Positions 33,882 through 45,605 of a DNA stretch of 64,000 nucleotides are shown here, piece by piece. Position 1 is the first letter of the stretch; every line of letters begins with the position of its first letter. Source of the DNA: Microcoleus sp. (lineage in GTDB: Bacteria; Cyanobacteriota; Cyanobacteriia; Cyanobacteriales; Microcoleaceae); the NCBI GenBank assembly GCA_052279835.1, contig CP181291.1, positions 5,440,001 to 5,504,000 on the forward strand. Direction: 5' to 3'. The notes below the pieces were generated by a model. That model did no database searches. It was not told the DNA's origin and worked only from the letters and a program-made list of their open reading frames with translations. A program made the translations under genes and the position numbers.

Positions 33882-34329
33882 TTGCTGGTGTGGGACTTGT
33901 GGTTGCTGGTGTGGGACTTGTGGTTGCTGGTGTGGGACTTGTGGTTGCTGGTGTGGGACTTGTGGTTGCTGGTGTGGGACTTGTGGTTGCTGGTGTGGGA
34001 CTTGTGGTTGCTGGTGTGGGACTTGTGGTTGCTGGTGTGGGACTTGTGGTTGTGCCAGTGGTGGAAGTCGTTGTGCCAGTAGTAGAAGTCGTTGTGCCAG
34101 TGGTGGAAGTTCTTGTGCCAGTGGTGGAAGTCGTTGTCCCAGTATTAGAACTCGTTGTGCCAGTGGTGGAAGTCGTTGTCCCAGTATTAGAACTCGTTGT
34201 GCCAGTGGTGGAAGTCGTTGTGCCAGTGGTGGAAGTTCTTGTGCCAGTGGTGGAAGTCGTTGTGCCAGTGGTGGAAGTTCTTGTGCCAGTGGTGGAAGTC
34301 GTTGTGCCAGTGGTGGAAGTCGTTGTCCC
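33882..34329. repeat. 21-bp coding tandem repeats (TTSTTGT, then TTSPTPA)
   Basis: GTGCCAGTGGTGGAAGTCGTT and GTTGCTGGTGTGGGACTTGTG units. Confidence 0.95.
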
Positions 34330-35344
34330 CTGAATGATGAAGGGATTGTCATCTACACGGGGTATTTGAGCTGTCGTGAACTTAGATTCATCTAGCGCGT
34401 TAGCCCTAACATCAATTAAGACCGCCAAAAATTCACCAGTGCGCTTGTCTTGAATAATTGTGTTGCTAGAATTCGATCCTTGACCCTGAAAAATATTTAA
34501 GTCTGTAAAGCTCAAACCTCCAGCTAGACCGATCGAATCTCCAGCTTTAAAATCTGTAACTAAATCAGCATCGCCAATTTCAGGTCCACCAGTAGTCAGA
34601 AAACCGCTACCCCCAGCGGATGTGCCCACCCTACCGAGAATAAAGATATCCGCACCATCGCCTCCTGTCAGAGTATCAGTACCGCGATCGCCCGCCATAA
34701 CATCATCTCCTGCGCCACCAGACACAGAATCATTGCCATCCCCCCCGAAGAGTCGGTCATCTCCCTCGCCGCCCTCAACACTATCATTGCCTGCGCCGCC
34801 ACTGATGATGTCTCCACCCTCTTCACCAAACAGCAAATCACTGCCAGCACCGCCCTGTAAGCAATCGTTGCCGGTATCGCCAAAAATAAGGTCATTCCCC
34901 TTGTCGCCAAAAATTAAGTCGCCCTCGCCACCTCCGCGCAGAGAGTCATTCCCCTTACCGCCATAGAGTGTGTCATCACCTTCACTACCCAAGACAGTAT
35001 CGTTGCCTTGGTCCCCAAAAACTTGATCGTTACCCCGATCGCCAATTACCAAGTCATCGTCTTTACCACCCGTGCGGTATCATTACCAGGGCCGCCATCA
35101 ACTATATCCTTGCCGGCTCCACCGTTGAGATAATCATTACCATCCTCCCCTCTCAATAAATCATCCCCATCGCGACCGAGAATCGTGTCATCCCCTTCAC
35201 GGCTGGAAATGGTGTCATTGAACAAGCTACCGATGAAATAGTCACCGATGCTCCTTCCTACCACTATGCCATCGACAAATATCGGTGTGGGGGGGGTCGG
35301 AGGGGCGATCGGAGTTGGCCGTGATACAGGCGTTATCGAAATCG

Positions 35345-35562
35345 TCGTTGTACCAGTAGATGAAGTCGTTGTACCAGTAGATGAAGTCGTTGTACCAGTA
35401 GATGAAGTCGTTGTACCAGTAGATGAAGTTGTGGTACCAGTAGATGAAGTCGTTGTACCGGTAGATGAAGTCGTTGTACCGGTAGATGAAGTCGTTGTAC
35501 CGGTAGATGAAGTCGTTGTACCAGTAGATGAAGTCGTTGTACCAGTAGATGAAGTCGTTGTA
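35345..35562. repeat. 21-bp coding tandem repeat (TTSSTGT)
   Basis: GTACCAGTAGATGAAGTCGTT, about 10 copies. Confidence 0.95.
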
Positions 35563-35789
35563 GCTGGTTGATTCTCTAACAGGAACAATGGGTCCCCTCT
35601 CAGAAAAGCTGCTGGTACTGCACTTGGCATAATTCCGCCTCCTTGCGACACTACTCAAAAATCAAACAATCGATTCTCAACAAGTCTTTTATGGGCGGGC
35701 TATAAGAGCCCACCGCACAATCAAATTCATTCTTGGTGGAACAGGCAGGATGCCTGCTCTTAAGAATCATAACAATCTAAAATCTCAGG

Positions 35790-38700
35790 CTAGAGAAACT
35801 TAAACTGCGACGCAGTAATCACCGTGCTCAGAGAACCTGGGACTGTAGGAATAGAATTCAACACAGCCAAATCAAAAGCTGGGAGACTGTCATCAGCCGC
35901 ATTCGGATCGAAGCCGAGAACATACTTGTTGAAAGTATTATTCAGATACACAAAGAAAGCTCCTGTTTTGCCCGAACCATTCTGATTTTTCAATACTGCA
36001 TTCACTGCTTGAGCATTGTCGAATTTATTTTCAAACAAAATGACAGATTGCTTGCTGATATTGTCTCCACCACTGCCAATATTTCGGACGATAAAACTGG
36101 TGAAATCGTTAGCAGTGCCAGAGTTAGTAAAGCCACCAAAGTTTGCAGACCTGAACAAGAAGTTATCGTTGCCATTACCGTTGTTAAAATCAGCAATAAT
36201 ATCCACACCTTCGTTAGGAGTCTCGTAGTAGAAGAAATCATTGCCAACATCCCCCGTGAGTAAGTCGGAACCAGCACCGCCGCCGATAATATCATTGCCC
36301 GCACCGCCAGAAAGCGAGTCATTGTCATCAGCACCCAACAGCAAGTCGTTGCCGAAGCCGCCACTCAGACTATCGCTGCCAATGCCACCATCGATGGTGT
36401 CGTCTCCCGCATCTCCCAACAGCGAGTCGCTACCAGCTTCGCCCAAGAGATAGTCGTTCCCGGCACCTCCGAATTCAGTATCGTTGCCCTCTCCACCCAA
36501 AATAGTATCGTCGCTGTCGCCACCGGAGATGGAGTCATTATTGATACCGCCATCGAGTAAGTCTCTGCCGATACCGCCGTCGAGGATGTCATCACCAACA
36601 CCGCCTTCGATGGAGTCGTCGCCAGCCCCGCCAAATAAGGTGTCGTTACCAACGTCACCAAGTATCGAGTCGTCGCCAACTTCACCAAGTACGGAGTCAT
36701 TTCCAGTGCCACCGTTAATGGTATCGCTACCGTCACCGCCACTGAGGATGTCGTCGTCATTACCCCCAAACATCAGGTCATTACCCACCCCGCCTATGAG
36801 GGAGTCGATGCCGTCTTCGCCGTCGATGGTGTCGTTGCCTTCGCCTCCGTCGATGGTGTCGTTGCCTGTAAAACCCAGCAGAGAGTCGTTCCCTGCTTGA
36901 CCTAATACTAGGTCGTTGCCGGCTCTGCCGTCGATGATGTCGTTGCCATCACCGCCACTGAGGGTATCGTCCCCCGCGCCCCCGATGATAAAGTCGCTGA
37001 GGTTGCTGCCTGTAAAGCTGCTGGCTGGGAGGTTGCTGCGATCGACGATACTATCTACAACGGTAATACTGAAGGATGCCGGTCCGATCGTCCCTGAACC
37101 GTCTGAGGCTGTAAACGTAAAGCTGTCGTTGCCCCCAGTCGGTAACAGGTTGTATTTGATGATGTTGTTATTGATATCATCTTGGGTGAATTTACTGCCG
37201 ACATTCAACAAAGCAGTACCCCTTTGGATAAAGCCTTTGTTGGCGTTAGGGGCTTGAGTAATCGTGTAAACAATTTCCGACGCCGTGTTGTCGCTATCTG
37301 TAACTAACAAATCGGCCGCCGTAATTGTCCCAATCGGAGCGCTTTTAGCCACAACTACACCATCATTAATTGCTAGCTTCGGCGGGCTACTGACGTTGAT
37401 TGTCGCTACTGCCTGACTTGTACCTCCTCTGCCATCTGAGATGGAGTAACTAAAGCTGTCGGCACCAGAAAAGCCAGCATTCGGGGTGTATTTGAAACTG
37501 CCACCGCCCACAGGAGTCAAACTCCCCTTGCTGGTGGCGGTAAAAGTGGTAACAGTCAGAATGTTATTGTCCGGGTCAGTGTCGTTTAACAGGACGTTGA
37601 GACTCAGTGTTTGTCCCGCCACGGTGGTGAAGTTGTCGTTGACTGCCTTTGGAGCCTGATTGGGCAAGGGAATAGGAGTTGGTGGCGAAGTTGGTGTCGG
37701 AGTTGGATTTGGTGTCGGAGTTGGATTTGGTGTCGGTGTCGGATTTGGTGTCGGTGTCGGATTTGGTGTTGGAGTCGGTGTTGGAGTTGGAGTCGGTGTT
37801 GGAGTCGGAGTTGGAGTTGGTGTCGGAGTCGGTGTCGGTGTCGGTGGCTGGTCTGGAGTCGGTGTGGGGAGAGGGGTAGCGCTGCCGGGAACTGTCTGGC
37901 CAATCACAAAACTGCTGCGGCCGAGGGTTCTGCTGTCCACTCCGGGCAATACTGCTAAAAAGTCGCCACTGACACCGTTGCGAATAATCGTACTGCCTGC
38001 TTTGGTGTCGCTGCTTTGGAAGATGATCAAATCTTCAAACTTGAGGTCTCCACCTAAGCCAATTAGATCTTCGCCAATGCGAAAATCTGTAAAAATATCG
38101 GCATCACCAATGTCAGGGCCGCCGCTGGTGATAAATACCGGGTCTGTGGTGCCACCAATGCCGGGAGAGCTAACACGGGCCATGACGAAGACATCTTTGC
38201 CTTCGCCTCCTGAAACTAAGTCTTTGCCTGTTTCCCCCCACAGAACGTCGTTGCCAGCACCACCATCCATGATATCGTCGCCAGCACCGCCGAAAATGAT
38301 GTCGTCCCCATCATTGGCAAAAATTGTGTCCGCGCCGACGTTGCCGTAGAGCCAGTCGCCTCCTTCGTTGCCAAATTCTAGGTCGTCGCCGTCGCCACCG
38401 AACAGGGAGTCGTTACCTTGGTCGCCCCAAAGAACGTCATCACCTCGATCGCCAAACATACTATCATCACCCAAGCCACCGCGCAGGCTGTCACCACCTT
38501 TCCCACCGAAAGCTGTGTCTCTGCCTTCCCCTCCCACTACGGTGTCGTTGCCGTCATTACCATAAAGCAGGTCGGGGTTATTTCCCCCGTCTAGGGAGTC
38601 GCTGTTTTTGCCTCCGTAGAGCGTATCTAGTCCTGAACCGCCGTCGAGAGCATCGTTACCTGGTCCGCCGAATAGTACATCATCATCTTCGTTGCCAAAT

Positions 38701-39029
38701 ACCAGGTCGTCGCCGTCGCCACCTTGGAGGTTATCGTTGCCTTGCAGCCCCGAAATCACGTCGGGGCCGATACTGCCTATCAAGGAGTCATTTTTGTCTG
38801 TACCGCGGATAATCCCGCCGATAATTGCGGGTGTCGTGCTGCCACCTCCACCCAAGGTGTCGTCTATCCCCCCAAATGTATCGTCGGCGGGAGTTGGGGT
38901 TGGGGCCGGAGTGGGCGTTGGGGGGGGAGTTGGCGTTGGGGTTGGCGTTGGGTCTGGAGTTGGCGTTGGCGTTGGGTCTGGAGTTGGAGTTGGCGTTGGC
39001 ACCGGAATAAATGGTACTGCTGATGGCAT
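35790..39029 (-). CDS. RTX / Ca-binding protein with PT linkers and Ig-like/cadherin-like domains
   Basis: Many GGxGxDxL repeats; NQAPKAVND...VLLNDTDPD; start MPSAVP shared with the downstream paralog. Confidence 0.9.
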   Translation of the reverse strand: MPSAVPFIPVPTPTPTPDPTPTPTPDPTPTPTPTPPPTPTPAPTPTPADDTFGGIDDTLGGGGSTTPAIIGGIIRGTDKNDSLIGSIGPDVISGLQGNDNLQGGDGDDLVFGNEDDDVLFGGPGNDALDGGSGLDTLYGGKNSDSLDGGNNPDLLYGNDGNDTVVGGEGRDTAFGGKGGDSLRGGLGDDSMFGDRGDDVLWGDQGNDSLFGGDGDDLEFGNEGGDWLYGNVGADTIFANDGDDIIFGGAGDDIMDGGAGNDVLWGETGKDLVSGGEGKDVFVMARVSSPGIGGTTDPVFITSGGPDIGDADIFTDFRIGEDLIGLGGDLKFEDLIIFQSSDTKAGSTIIRNGVSGDFLAVLPGVDSRTLGRSSFVIGQTVPGSATPLPTPTPDQPPTPTPTPTPTPTPTPTPTPTPTPTPTPNPTPTPNPTPTPNPTPTPNPTPTPTSPPTPIPLPNQAPKAVNDNFTTVAGQTLSLNVLLNDTDPDNNILTVTTFTATSKGSLTPVGGGSFKYTPNAGFSGADSFSYSISDGRGGTSQAVATINVSSPPKLAINDGVVVAKSAPIGTITAADLLVTDSDNTASEIVYTITQAPNANKGFIQRGTALLNVGSKFTQDDINNNIIKYNLLPTGGNDSFTFTASDGSGTIGPASFSITVVDSIVDRSNLPASSFTGSNLSDFIIGGAGDDTLSGGDGNDIIDGRAGNDLVLGQAGNDSLLGFTGNDTIDGGEGNDTIDGEDGIDSLIGGVGNDLMFGGNDDDILSGGDGSDTINGGTGNDSVLGEVGDDSILGDVGNDTLFGGAGDDSIEGGVGDDILDGGIGRDLLDGGINNDSISGGDSDDTILGGEGNDTEFGGAGNDYLLGEAGSDSLLGDAGDDTIDGGIGSDSLSGGFGNDLLLGADDNDSLSGGAGNDIIGGGAGSDLLTGDVGNDFFYYETPNEGVDIIADFNNGNGNDNFLFRSANFGGFTNSGTANDFTSFIVRNIGSGGDNISKQSVILFENKFDNAQAVNAVLKNQNGSGKTGAFFVYLNNTFNKYVLGFDPNAADDSLPAFDLAVLNSIPTVPGSLSTVITASQFKFL

Positions 39030-39425
39030 AATTTTGGCTCCTTTACACAATGATTATGATTGACTTTCAAACTGATTGATATCAGTTAGTTGCCAAAATT
39101 TTGGCCTTACATTGATTAATAATCTCATTCTGTTCTAACATACTAAATTAATTGGGCAATGGGTAATCGGTAATCGGTAATCGGTAATCGGTAATGGGCG
39201 GATTAAACGGCAGGGATTGGGTATTGATGTACTTGCTATTGGTTAGGGGAAGTAAAAACTAACAAATAACAAGTAACAACTAAGTAAGTCCACGTAATTA
39301 AATGCAAGATCCAAATCGCTTAAAAGCTTACTGGCTTGCGATTATTCACATCGATCTTCTTCCTTCTTTCTTCTTCCTTCTTCCTTCTACTTAACTAATT
39401 TATTCTTCCTTCTTGTTTCTGGTTT

Positions 39426-41618
39426 CTACCTTCTACCCATCGCAGGTCTTTGGTAAGAAACAGAGTTGTGAATTAGAGGCAGAAGTGGCCCGGTTTGTTC
39501 TTGTCCGTTGACGGCGAGTTCGCTGTGGCACAGGTAAAGTTGGGAACAGCGACTTAACAAATCTACCAGAATTCGCCGCAGTCGCTGTTGTCCTTCTGTT
39601 TCTTCGTCTTCACTTTCCCACGATCGCCCCTGTTGCGATCGCCAAAACAAAGGAGCACCATACAGCGTAGCCGCACCCCCACTCAGCCACAGCGGCGAAC
39701 CCGCATCTAGCCAAAAATGCCATTGGTGGGCGCGGCGACTGCTGCGGTACTGAAAGATATTGGCGATGGTGACGGTTTGGCCGTCGGGCCCATCTGGCCT
39801 GACTGGAAAGGGGTTGGCGGTGACGGTTCCTTGGCGCAATAAATGAATAAAACGGGCGATAGTCTCGGAGTCGCCACCGGACTTTGGTTCTATTTGCTGC
39901 ATTCGTCCGTCTATTTCCCAATAGTGAGTGGCAGTTTCCATTAATTCTCGCAGGGCTGCTAGTCGATCGTAGGCTAGGTATCGATCGAAGATCAGAAATT
40001 TTTGGATAGCGCGATCGAGCAGGGAAATAGGACTCGGCAACAGTCGCTCCTGTTGTTGCCTCCGCTGTTGTTCGATCCACTCCACAATGTCCTCGTAAGC
40101 AGCCGCCGCTCGGTATCCGAGTCTGTCCCATCGAGGAAAGGCTGTCAACGGTAACAATGGGGGTCGATCGAGATTTGGACAAAAACAGTGATCGGCAATT
40201 AAACCCGCTCTCACGGGGTCGATCGATTTTAGATGTGGGATTTTAGATGTGGGATTGTTAGCCTCTGCTTCCGGTTCCTCTTCCCATGGGCGGTTTCTCT
40301 GCCTGCTTAACACTACCAGCATTTCCGCTACTGCGTCTCGATCGACTAAACGGCCTAGTCCCGGATAAACTAACGCTAGCACTGTCAACAAAGCTCGAAT
40401 CGCTGGGGTACTTGACAAGGGACGCTGATCGTTGAGGGATTCGGTGGCGATGTTGTCGCGGGCTAAAATTTCTGTGAGGGTGTAACGGGCGATCGCATCT
40501 ATACCAGGAGCAATTACCGCTATCTCCCCCGGTGCCACAGCCTTTGACTTAACTGCCTCAGCAATGATTTCAGCGGTTTCTCGCAGCAGTTGGGCCCGTG
40601 AGGTAGTTTGGATCGATCGCACCTCCACAGGAAAACTCAAACCAAAAGGATAAAAAGCATCAAAATTAACAGCTAAATTCACCGCTAACTCACCAATATC
40701 TTTAGCTAAACCTGCTTTTCGATCCAAGTATTCCACTGTGGCACAGCGTGTTTCCAGTTGAGCCATATATTCAGTATCAGCCCCCAAGCCCAAGCGCACT
40801 CCTCCATCTGGATTGTAGGTGAAGGCCCCCGTCGCCCCTGAAGACAGCAAAAACTCCAACAAATCGCGACTGATAGCTGGATAATCATCCACATCGTCAG
40901 CGATGACTGCTTGATATCGCGAGGCTAAACGCTCTTGGTAAGTGGGATTCTGCAACAAATAGCGCCAGTAGAGTTCCCCAATCATCCCGTAAGTCAGCAG
41001 CCCCCTTGTCAAACACCATTCCCGCCATCTTCCCAGCAACTCTCCCATGCTAGTCCAAAGACGAGTCTGGTCACTTTGCTGAGCAAATCCCTGTTCCAGA
41101 ATACTGGGAATTGCTTCGATCGGTGTCCCGCTAACCGCAGCCAGTTGTAACAAATCTAGAGTTCGACGCACCATGCGATTTGGACTCACCCCTGTTTGTT
41201 GCAAAATCCCTTCGTCTAGCTCGTGACGCCATAGTCTAGTTGCAAGTTCCAGTTCAGTTTCAGGTTGCAGCCGCAGGGGAAATTGAGTCCTCAATTCCAG
41301 GGAATCCATTAGCAACGGCCAAAAAAGCATTACCTCCTGCTCGAAAAAGCCAAAGGGTGTGGTTGAGTTAAAGGTATATTTTCCTTGGGTGGCGACGGCG
41401 ATGCGATCGGCCAATTCCAGGCGATTTTCTCCATTAGCTGCTAAAACTAAAATTGCTCGCCCAGTCTGTCCCAGCCTGCGATGACCAGAACCCAAGCGAC
41501 TTGAAACTGTTGCTGACAGAGGCTTAACAGTTTTGCTCCACAGGCAGAACTGTTCAATTAGGCGACTGGTTTTGCCACTGCGAGCGGCTCCGACAATCCA
41601 AATTGAATCCGAAGACAC
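39426..41618 (-). CDS. Conserved cyanobacterial P-loop protein, UvrD/AddB helicase-like
   Basis: GAARSGKT Walker A; VIADDVDDYP Walker B-like; EIAVIAP. Confidence 0.65.
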   Translation of the reverse strand: MSSDSIWIVGAARSGKTSRLIEQFCLWSKTVKPLSATVSSRLGSGHRRLGQTGRAILVLAANGENRLELADRIAVATQGKYTFNSTTPFGFFEQEVMLFWPLLMDSLELRTQFPLRLQPETELELATRLWRHELDEGILQQTGVSPNRMVRRTLDLLQLAAVSGTPIEAIPSILEQGFAQQSDQTRLWTSMGELLGRWREWCLTRGLLTYGMIGELYWRYLLQNPTYQERLASRYQAVIADDVDDYPAISRDLLEFLLSSGATGAFTYNPDGGVRLGLGADTEYMAQLETRCATVEYLDRKAGLAKDIGELAVNLAVNFDAFYPFGLSFPVEVRSIQTTSRAQLLRETAEIIAEAVKSKAVAPGEIAVIAPGIDAIARYTLTEILARDNIATESLNDQRPLSSTPAIRALLTVLALVYPGLGRLVDRDAVAEMLVVLSRQRNRPWEEEPEAEANNPTSKIPHLKSIDPVRAGLIADHCFCPNLDRPPLLPLTAFPRWDRLGYRAAAAYEDIVEWIEQQRRQQQERLLPSPISLLDRAIQKFLIFDRYLAYDRLAALRELMETATHYWEIDGRMQQIEPKSGGDSETIARFIHLLRQGTVTANPFPVRPDGPDGQTVTIANIFQYRSSRRAHQWHFWLDAGSPLWLSGGAATLYGAPLFWRSQQGRSWESEDEETEGQQRLRRILVDLLSRCSQLYLCHSELAVNGQEQTGPLLPLIHNSVSYQRPAMGRR

Positions 41619-41699
41619 GATTTCTAATCTAAGTAAGTTTGCTACTATACCATGAATACTTTAATCACTAATCCCACGGTAGACTAACCAGCTTTAGCT

Positions 41700-43058
41700 A
41701 TGAATACTTCTCCCTGGAACAGATTTGTAAAATATCTCTACAGTGCTCGCCAATGGTATCGAGAAACGCCTGAAAGAGCTCTAGAACAAGCCTACGAAGC
41801 TGCTTTGGCAATTAAGGCGATCGAAGACGAACATTTTGGTGGTCAACCCATTGGCGATGGCGGGGGCGATTACGGAGACAGCACTTTATCTTACTTTAAA
41901 TCCGATCTGCAAAAATACCTCAAAGCCATTCAAACTAGAATGGTTGAGTTTAATGCCAGCCGTGCTTTTTTGGAACTACCGGAGCGGGTAGCTGCTCAAC
42001 CGAAGGGTGGAGTTTTGGTCGATCGTTACCACCGTGGATTCGGCATAGATACCAAAGATCGAGCCTCCCTTGTATTTGAAAAGTTAGAGTTTATTGATAG
42101 GGTCATCGCTCGCTATATTAATCGCAAACCTACGGCTATTGTACCAATTTCTAATACTCCCAACCTTCCGATTAGTTCTAAAACGGGCAGTCCTCAGCCT
42201 TACCAAAATAACGGTTCCCCTAACTCCATCCCCAGTGACGCTGAGGGAGTTGATACTTATACTGAGGAAGTGAGTTTATTGCCCCGATCGCTTTTGGGGA
42301 CGTTGAATCGCATTACTAAAGAGTTAGATCCGGCAGCCGAAAAAGAAGTAGTTAAAAATTTTCGCAATTCAAAAGTAAAAACAGTCATTTCTTTAAGGTT
42401 TATTTTACTTTTGATATTAGTGCCGCTGTTGACTCATCAAATCGCCAAAAATTTTATAGTTGGACCGATAGTCGATCGGGTAATAACGAATAACAATGCT
42501 CCTCTTTTCATCAATGTTGATTTGGAAGAAGAAGCATTTAAAGAATTGGAAAAATTTGAGCAACACCTGAAATTTCAAACATTAATTGGTAGGGCTCCAG
42601 CTATTTCTCCAGAAGAAACCGAAAAGAAAATTGAAGAAAAAGCTCTGGAAATAGCTGAAGAATTCGGAAATGAAAGCTCTGGGGCTATCAAAAATGTGTT
42701 TGCGGATTTGATTTCCGCTCTGGCTTTTGTGATGATTCTCCTCACCAACAAGAAAGAAATTGAAATTGTCAAGTCTTTTATGGACGATGTGGTTTATGGT
42801 CTCAGTGACAGTGCCAAGGCTTTTGTGATTATTTTGTTTACCGATGTGTTTGTCGGATTCCACTCACCCCACGGTTGGGAAGTAATTCTGGAAGGTGTAT
42901 CAAGACATTTCGGACTACCAGAAAATCGGCAGTTCATATTTCTGTTCATTGCCACTTTTCCTGTGATATTGGATACCGTATTTAAGTATTGGATATTCCG
43001 CTACTTAAATCGGAGTTCTCCTTCTGCTGTGGCTACTTACAAAAATATGAACGAATAG
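41700..43058 (+). CDS. pcxA: Proton extrusion protein (CemA family)
   Basis: YGLSDSAKAFVIILFTDVFVGFHSPHGWE; FPVILDTVFKYWIFRYLNR. Confidence 0.96.
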   Translation: MNTSPWNRFVKYLYSARQWYRETPERALEQAYEAALAIKAIEDEHFGGQPIGDGGGDYGDSTLSYFKSDLQKYLKAIQTRMVEFNASRAFLELPERVAAQPKGGVLVDRYHRGFGIDTKDRASLVFEKLEFIDRVIARYINRKPTAIVPISNTPNLPISSKTGSPQPYQNNGSPNSIPSDAEGVDTYTEEVSLLPRSLLGTLNRITKELDPAAEKEVVKNFRNSKVKTVISLRFILLLILVPLLTHQIAKNFIVGPIVDRVITNNNAPLFINVDLEEEAFKELEKFEQHLKFQTLIGRAPAISPEETEKKIEEKALEIAEEFGNESSGAIKNVFADLISALAFVMILLTNKKEIEIVKSFMDDVVYGLSDSAKAFVIILFTDVFVGFHSPHGWEVILEGVSRHFGLPENRQFIFLFIATFPVILDTVFKYWIFRYLNRSSPSAVATYKNMNE

Positions 43059-43325
43059 GGAATGGGGAATGGGGAATGGGGAATCGCGCATTGGGCATTG
43101 GTTGTTAGTTATTAGTTGTTTGTTAGTTGTTGGTTGTTGGTTGTTGGTTATTGGTTATTGGTTATTGGTTATTGGTTATTGGTTGTTGGTTATTGGTTAT
43201 TAGTTATTAAACTAACAACGAACCACAAACAAATAACAACTAATAACTAACCACCAACAAATAACCAATAACAACTAACAAATAACCAATAACTAACAAA
43301 CAATAACAACTAACCAATAACCAAT
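43058..43325. repeat. Long STRR block between convergent genes (TTATTGG / CCAATAA inverted arrays)
   Basis: Tandem 7-mers forming a long imperfect inverted repeat. Confidence 0.9.
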
Positions 43326-43330
43326 ATTTT

Positions 43331-44593
43331 TTACCTATTCCACATCTTCTTGCGCTGTCGCCGATTCGCCACTGACTCCGCCAACCCCAACCCCAGAAAA
43401 TTACTCAGCAGCGAGGCATTACCATAACTCAAAAAAGGTAGCGGAATCCCCGTAACCGGTGCCAAGCCGATATTCATCCCAATATTCACGAAGACTTGAA
43501 AAATCAACATTGACAGTATACCAATTGCCAACAGAGAACCAAAATTATCATTAGCAGTTTGAGCAATAATCACCAACCGCAAACAAATTAGCCAGAAACA
43601 AAATAAGACTAAAATACAACCAATAAAACCTAATTCTTCACCAATCGCTGAAAAGATAAAGTCCGTATGCTGTTCGGGAATAAAGTTAAGTTGAGTTTGG
43701 GTTCCTTGATTCAATCCCCTCCCCTTGAGCTCCCCAGCACCGATCGCAATCCGAGATTGAATCAAGTGATATCCGCTACCTAAAGGGTCTTTTTCTGGGT
43801 TTAAAAACCCTGTGAGCCGCATTTTTTGATAATCTTTGAGCACGCTCCAAAAAATATGTCCGACGTGTCCCGAAACCACATTCACCAGCACTGTAGCGAA
43901 AGTCCCCAACCAGCGCCAAGGTAGAGACCGCCAAGCAATCACACCCGCCACTACTATCCAACCTATCCAAATCGGTGTAGACAAGTTATTGAGGAGTACC
44001 GAGAACAAAGGAGAAAATAGCAAGATCAACCAACCGGGATTGACATTACCCCAGTAAAACATCCCCATGGTTATCGCACCAAATACCAGAGAAGTCCCCA
44101 AATTTGGTTCGGCAAAAATCAATCCCCAGGGTACAGCCATGATTGCTAGCATCTTCAACATATCCCGCAACGTCGGGACTGTTTTATCGTGCATCAGGGC
44201 TGCTAAAGTAATAATCATGCCGATTTTGGCAAATTCTGACGGTTGCAAGTAGAAGCCGCCGATATTAATCCACCTTTGGGCACCGAGCCCTGTACTACCG
44301 ATAAACCGCACCGCAATCAGTGACAAATTGATCGCTATGTAGATTGGCCATTTCCACTCGATCAATACTTCGTAGCGACACCGGGAAATGATGATGGCTA
44401 AACACAAACCTACTCCGCCTGTAACCCAGTGTCGCCACCAATCGATCAATCCTTGATTGATCTCAACACTGTGTATCATGATTCCCCCGAATACGGTGAG
44501 GCCGATGCAGGCGGCGAACAGCCAGGGGTCTATTTCTGCCCAGGGTTTGAGGATTGATTTCCAGCGGTTTTTGACTTGTATTCTTTGAAACAT
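43331..44593 (-). CDS. rodA: Rod shape-determining SEDS glycosyltransferase
   Basis: QPSEFAK, QSRIAIGAG, FIPEQHTDFIFSAIGEE, PVTGIPLPFLSYG. Confidence 0.95.
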   Translation of the reverse strand: MFQRIQVKNRWKSILKPWAEIDPWLFAACIGLTVFGGIMIHSVEINQGLIDWWRHWVTGGVGLCLAIIISRCRYEVLIEWKWPIYIAINLSLIAVRFIGSTGLGAQRWINIGGFYLQPSEFAKIGMIITLAALMHDKTVPTLRDMLKMLAIMAVPWGLIFAEPNLGTSLVFGAITMGMFYWGNVNPGWLILLFSPLFSVLLNNLSTPIWIGWIVVAGVIAWRSLPWRWLGTFATVLVNVVSGHVGHIFWSVLKDYQKMRLTGFLNPEKDPLGSGYHLIQSRIAIGAGELKGRGLNQGTQTQLNFIPEQHTDFIFSAIGEELGFIGCILVLFCFWLICLRLVIIAQTANDNFGSLLAIGILSMLIFQVFVNIGMNIGLAPVTGIPLPFLSYGNASLLSNFLGLGLAESVANRRQRKKMWNR

Positions 44594-44929
44594 GAGGATT
44601 TTAGATTTTAGATTTTAGATTTTAGATTATCGGATCGATTTTCGGAAGTTCTGGATATGTTTGTGGCTATTGAGAGTTTAAACCTTACTGTACTTCCTCG
44701 GTCTGGCTACGTCAGATTCTTCGGCGACTACGACGGGTGTTCCGGGAAGGGAAGAATCGGAGAGTGCTTTGGAGTTTTGGGGGCGGTGGCTGTCAGTCCC
44801 CGCCCCACCAGGGTTGGGGATAAATGGTGATTGGTGAGTGGTTATTGGCACGCGATCGCCACCAATAACGAATCACCAACAACTAATCTATATCTGTTCT
44901 TGACTATCTTTTTACCAAAAGTCTGATGA

Positions 44930-45289
44930 CTATTTAGACGAGGGGGCTGGTTCGTAAAGATACTCAAAGCCGTTACCATCGGGATCTCTGCCATAAAAGG
45001 ATGCAGTACCATCCCGGTGTTCGTGGATGTGAGTGACGGAAACACCCTCAACTTTGAGTTGTTCGTAGGCGGATTCCATCTCGGTGCGATCGTCAAATAC
45101 AAACCCAAAATGCGGCCCAGCTTGGTCGTAACTCGGACTCAACAGCGCCAATCCATCCTCTCCTGCTTTCAAATAAGCCCAGTCTGCATCTTTCCAGACT
45201 AACTCCATCCCCAAGTTGCGGTAGAATTCAGCAGACTTCTCTATGTCTTGCACGCAGACGGCTACGTGTCCCAATCGTTTTAGTTTCAT
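44930..45289 (-). CDS. VOC / glyoxalase family protein
   Basis: LGHVAV, HFGF, FYGRDPDGNGFE; start MKLKR. Confidence 0.9.
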   Translation of the reverse strand: MKLKRLGHVAVCVQDIEKSAEFYRNLGMELVWKDADWAYLKAGEDGLALLSPSYDQAGPHFGFVFDDRTEMESAYEQLKVEGVSVTHIHEHRDGTASFYGRDPDGNGFEYLYEPAPSSK

Positions 45290-45476
45290 GTCTACAAAGT
45301 TTATGGTTGTTCTTTCGTTTATTGTATCTATTTTCTCCTTGGTCTTCACTTAACTACTTTTTTCTGAATTTTAGTCATTGGTAGCTGTACTTGTTCTACT
45401 CGTTTTATTGCTTCCATTTCACTGAACAGTTGAATTGAACGAAGCATCTCGCTCGATGCTTCGCCCAAATGCGTAA

Positions 45477-45599
45477 TATCGTGTTCGGTCGATTACCCAT
45501 ACCATATTATGGGCGGGTTTATCAACAATATCTGCCAATAATTGACAATCTCAAAAACCCGCCTGGCCGCGAATTACGGTCAATCGAGCGGACAGGATA
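45477..45599. mobile_element. MITE with imperfect TIRs and a TAA target duplication
   Basis: TATCGTGTTCGGTCGATT ... AATCGAGCGGACAGGATA; TAA at 45474-45476 and 45600-45602. Confidence 0.75.
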
Positions 45600-45605
45600 T
45601 AAGTC

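Larger units (their letters stand above)
32509..35630 (-). pseudogene. RTX / Ca-binding surface protein with Thr/Pro-rich repeats and Ig-like domains, frameshifted near 35070
   Basis: GGxGxD nonapeptides in both ORFs; adding one G restores DTARGGKDDDLVIGD and joins them. Confidence 0.85.

Noticed and set aside
33644..39070. Many long ORFs antisense or frame-shifted over the RTX genes
   Set aside because: They are shadows of low-complexity coding repeats.
44680..44830. GC-rich stretch upstream of rodA, possible ncRNA or gene remnant
   Set aside because: I could not identify a start codon, a family motif or a convincing structure.
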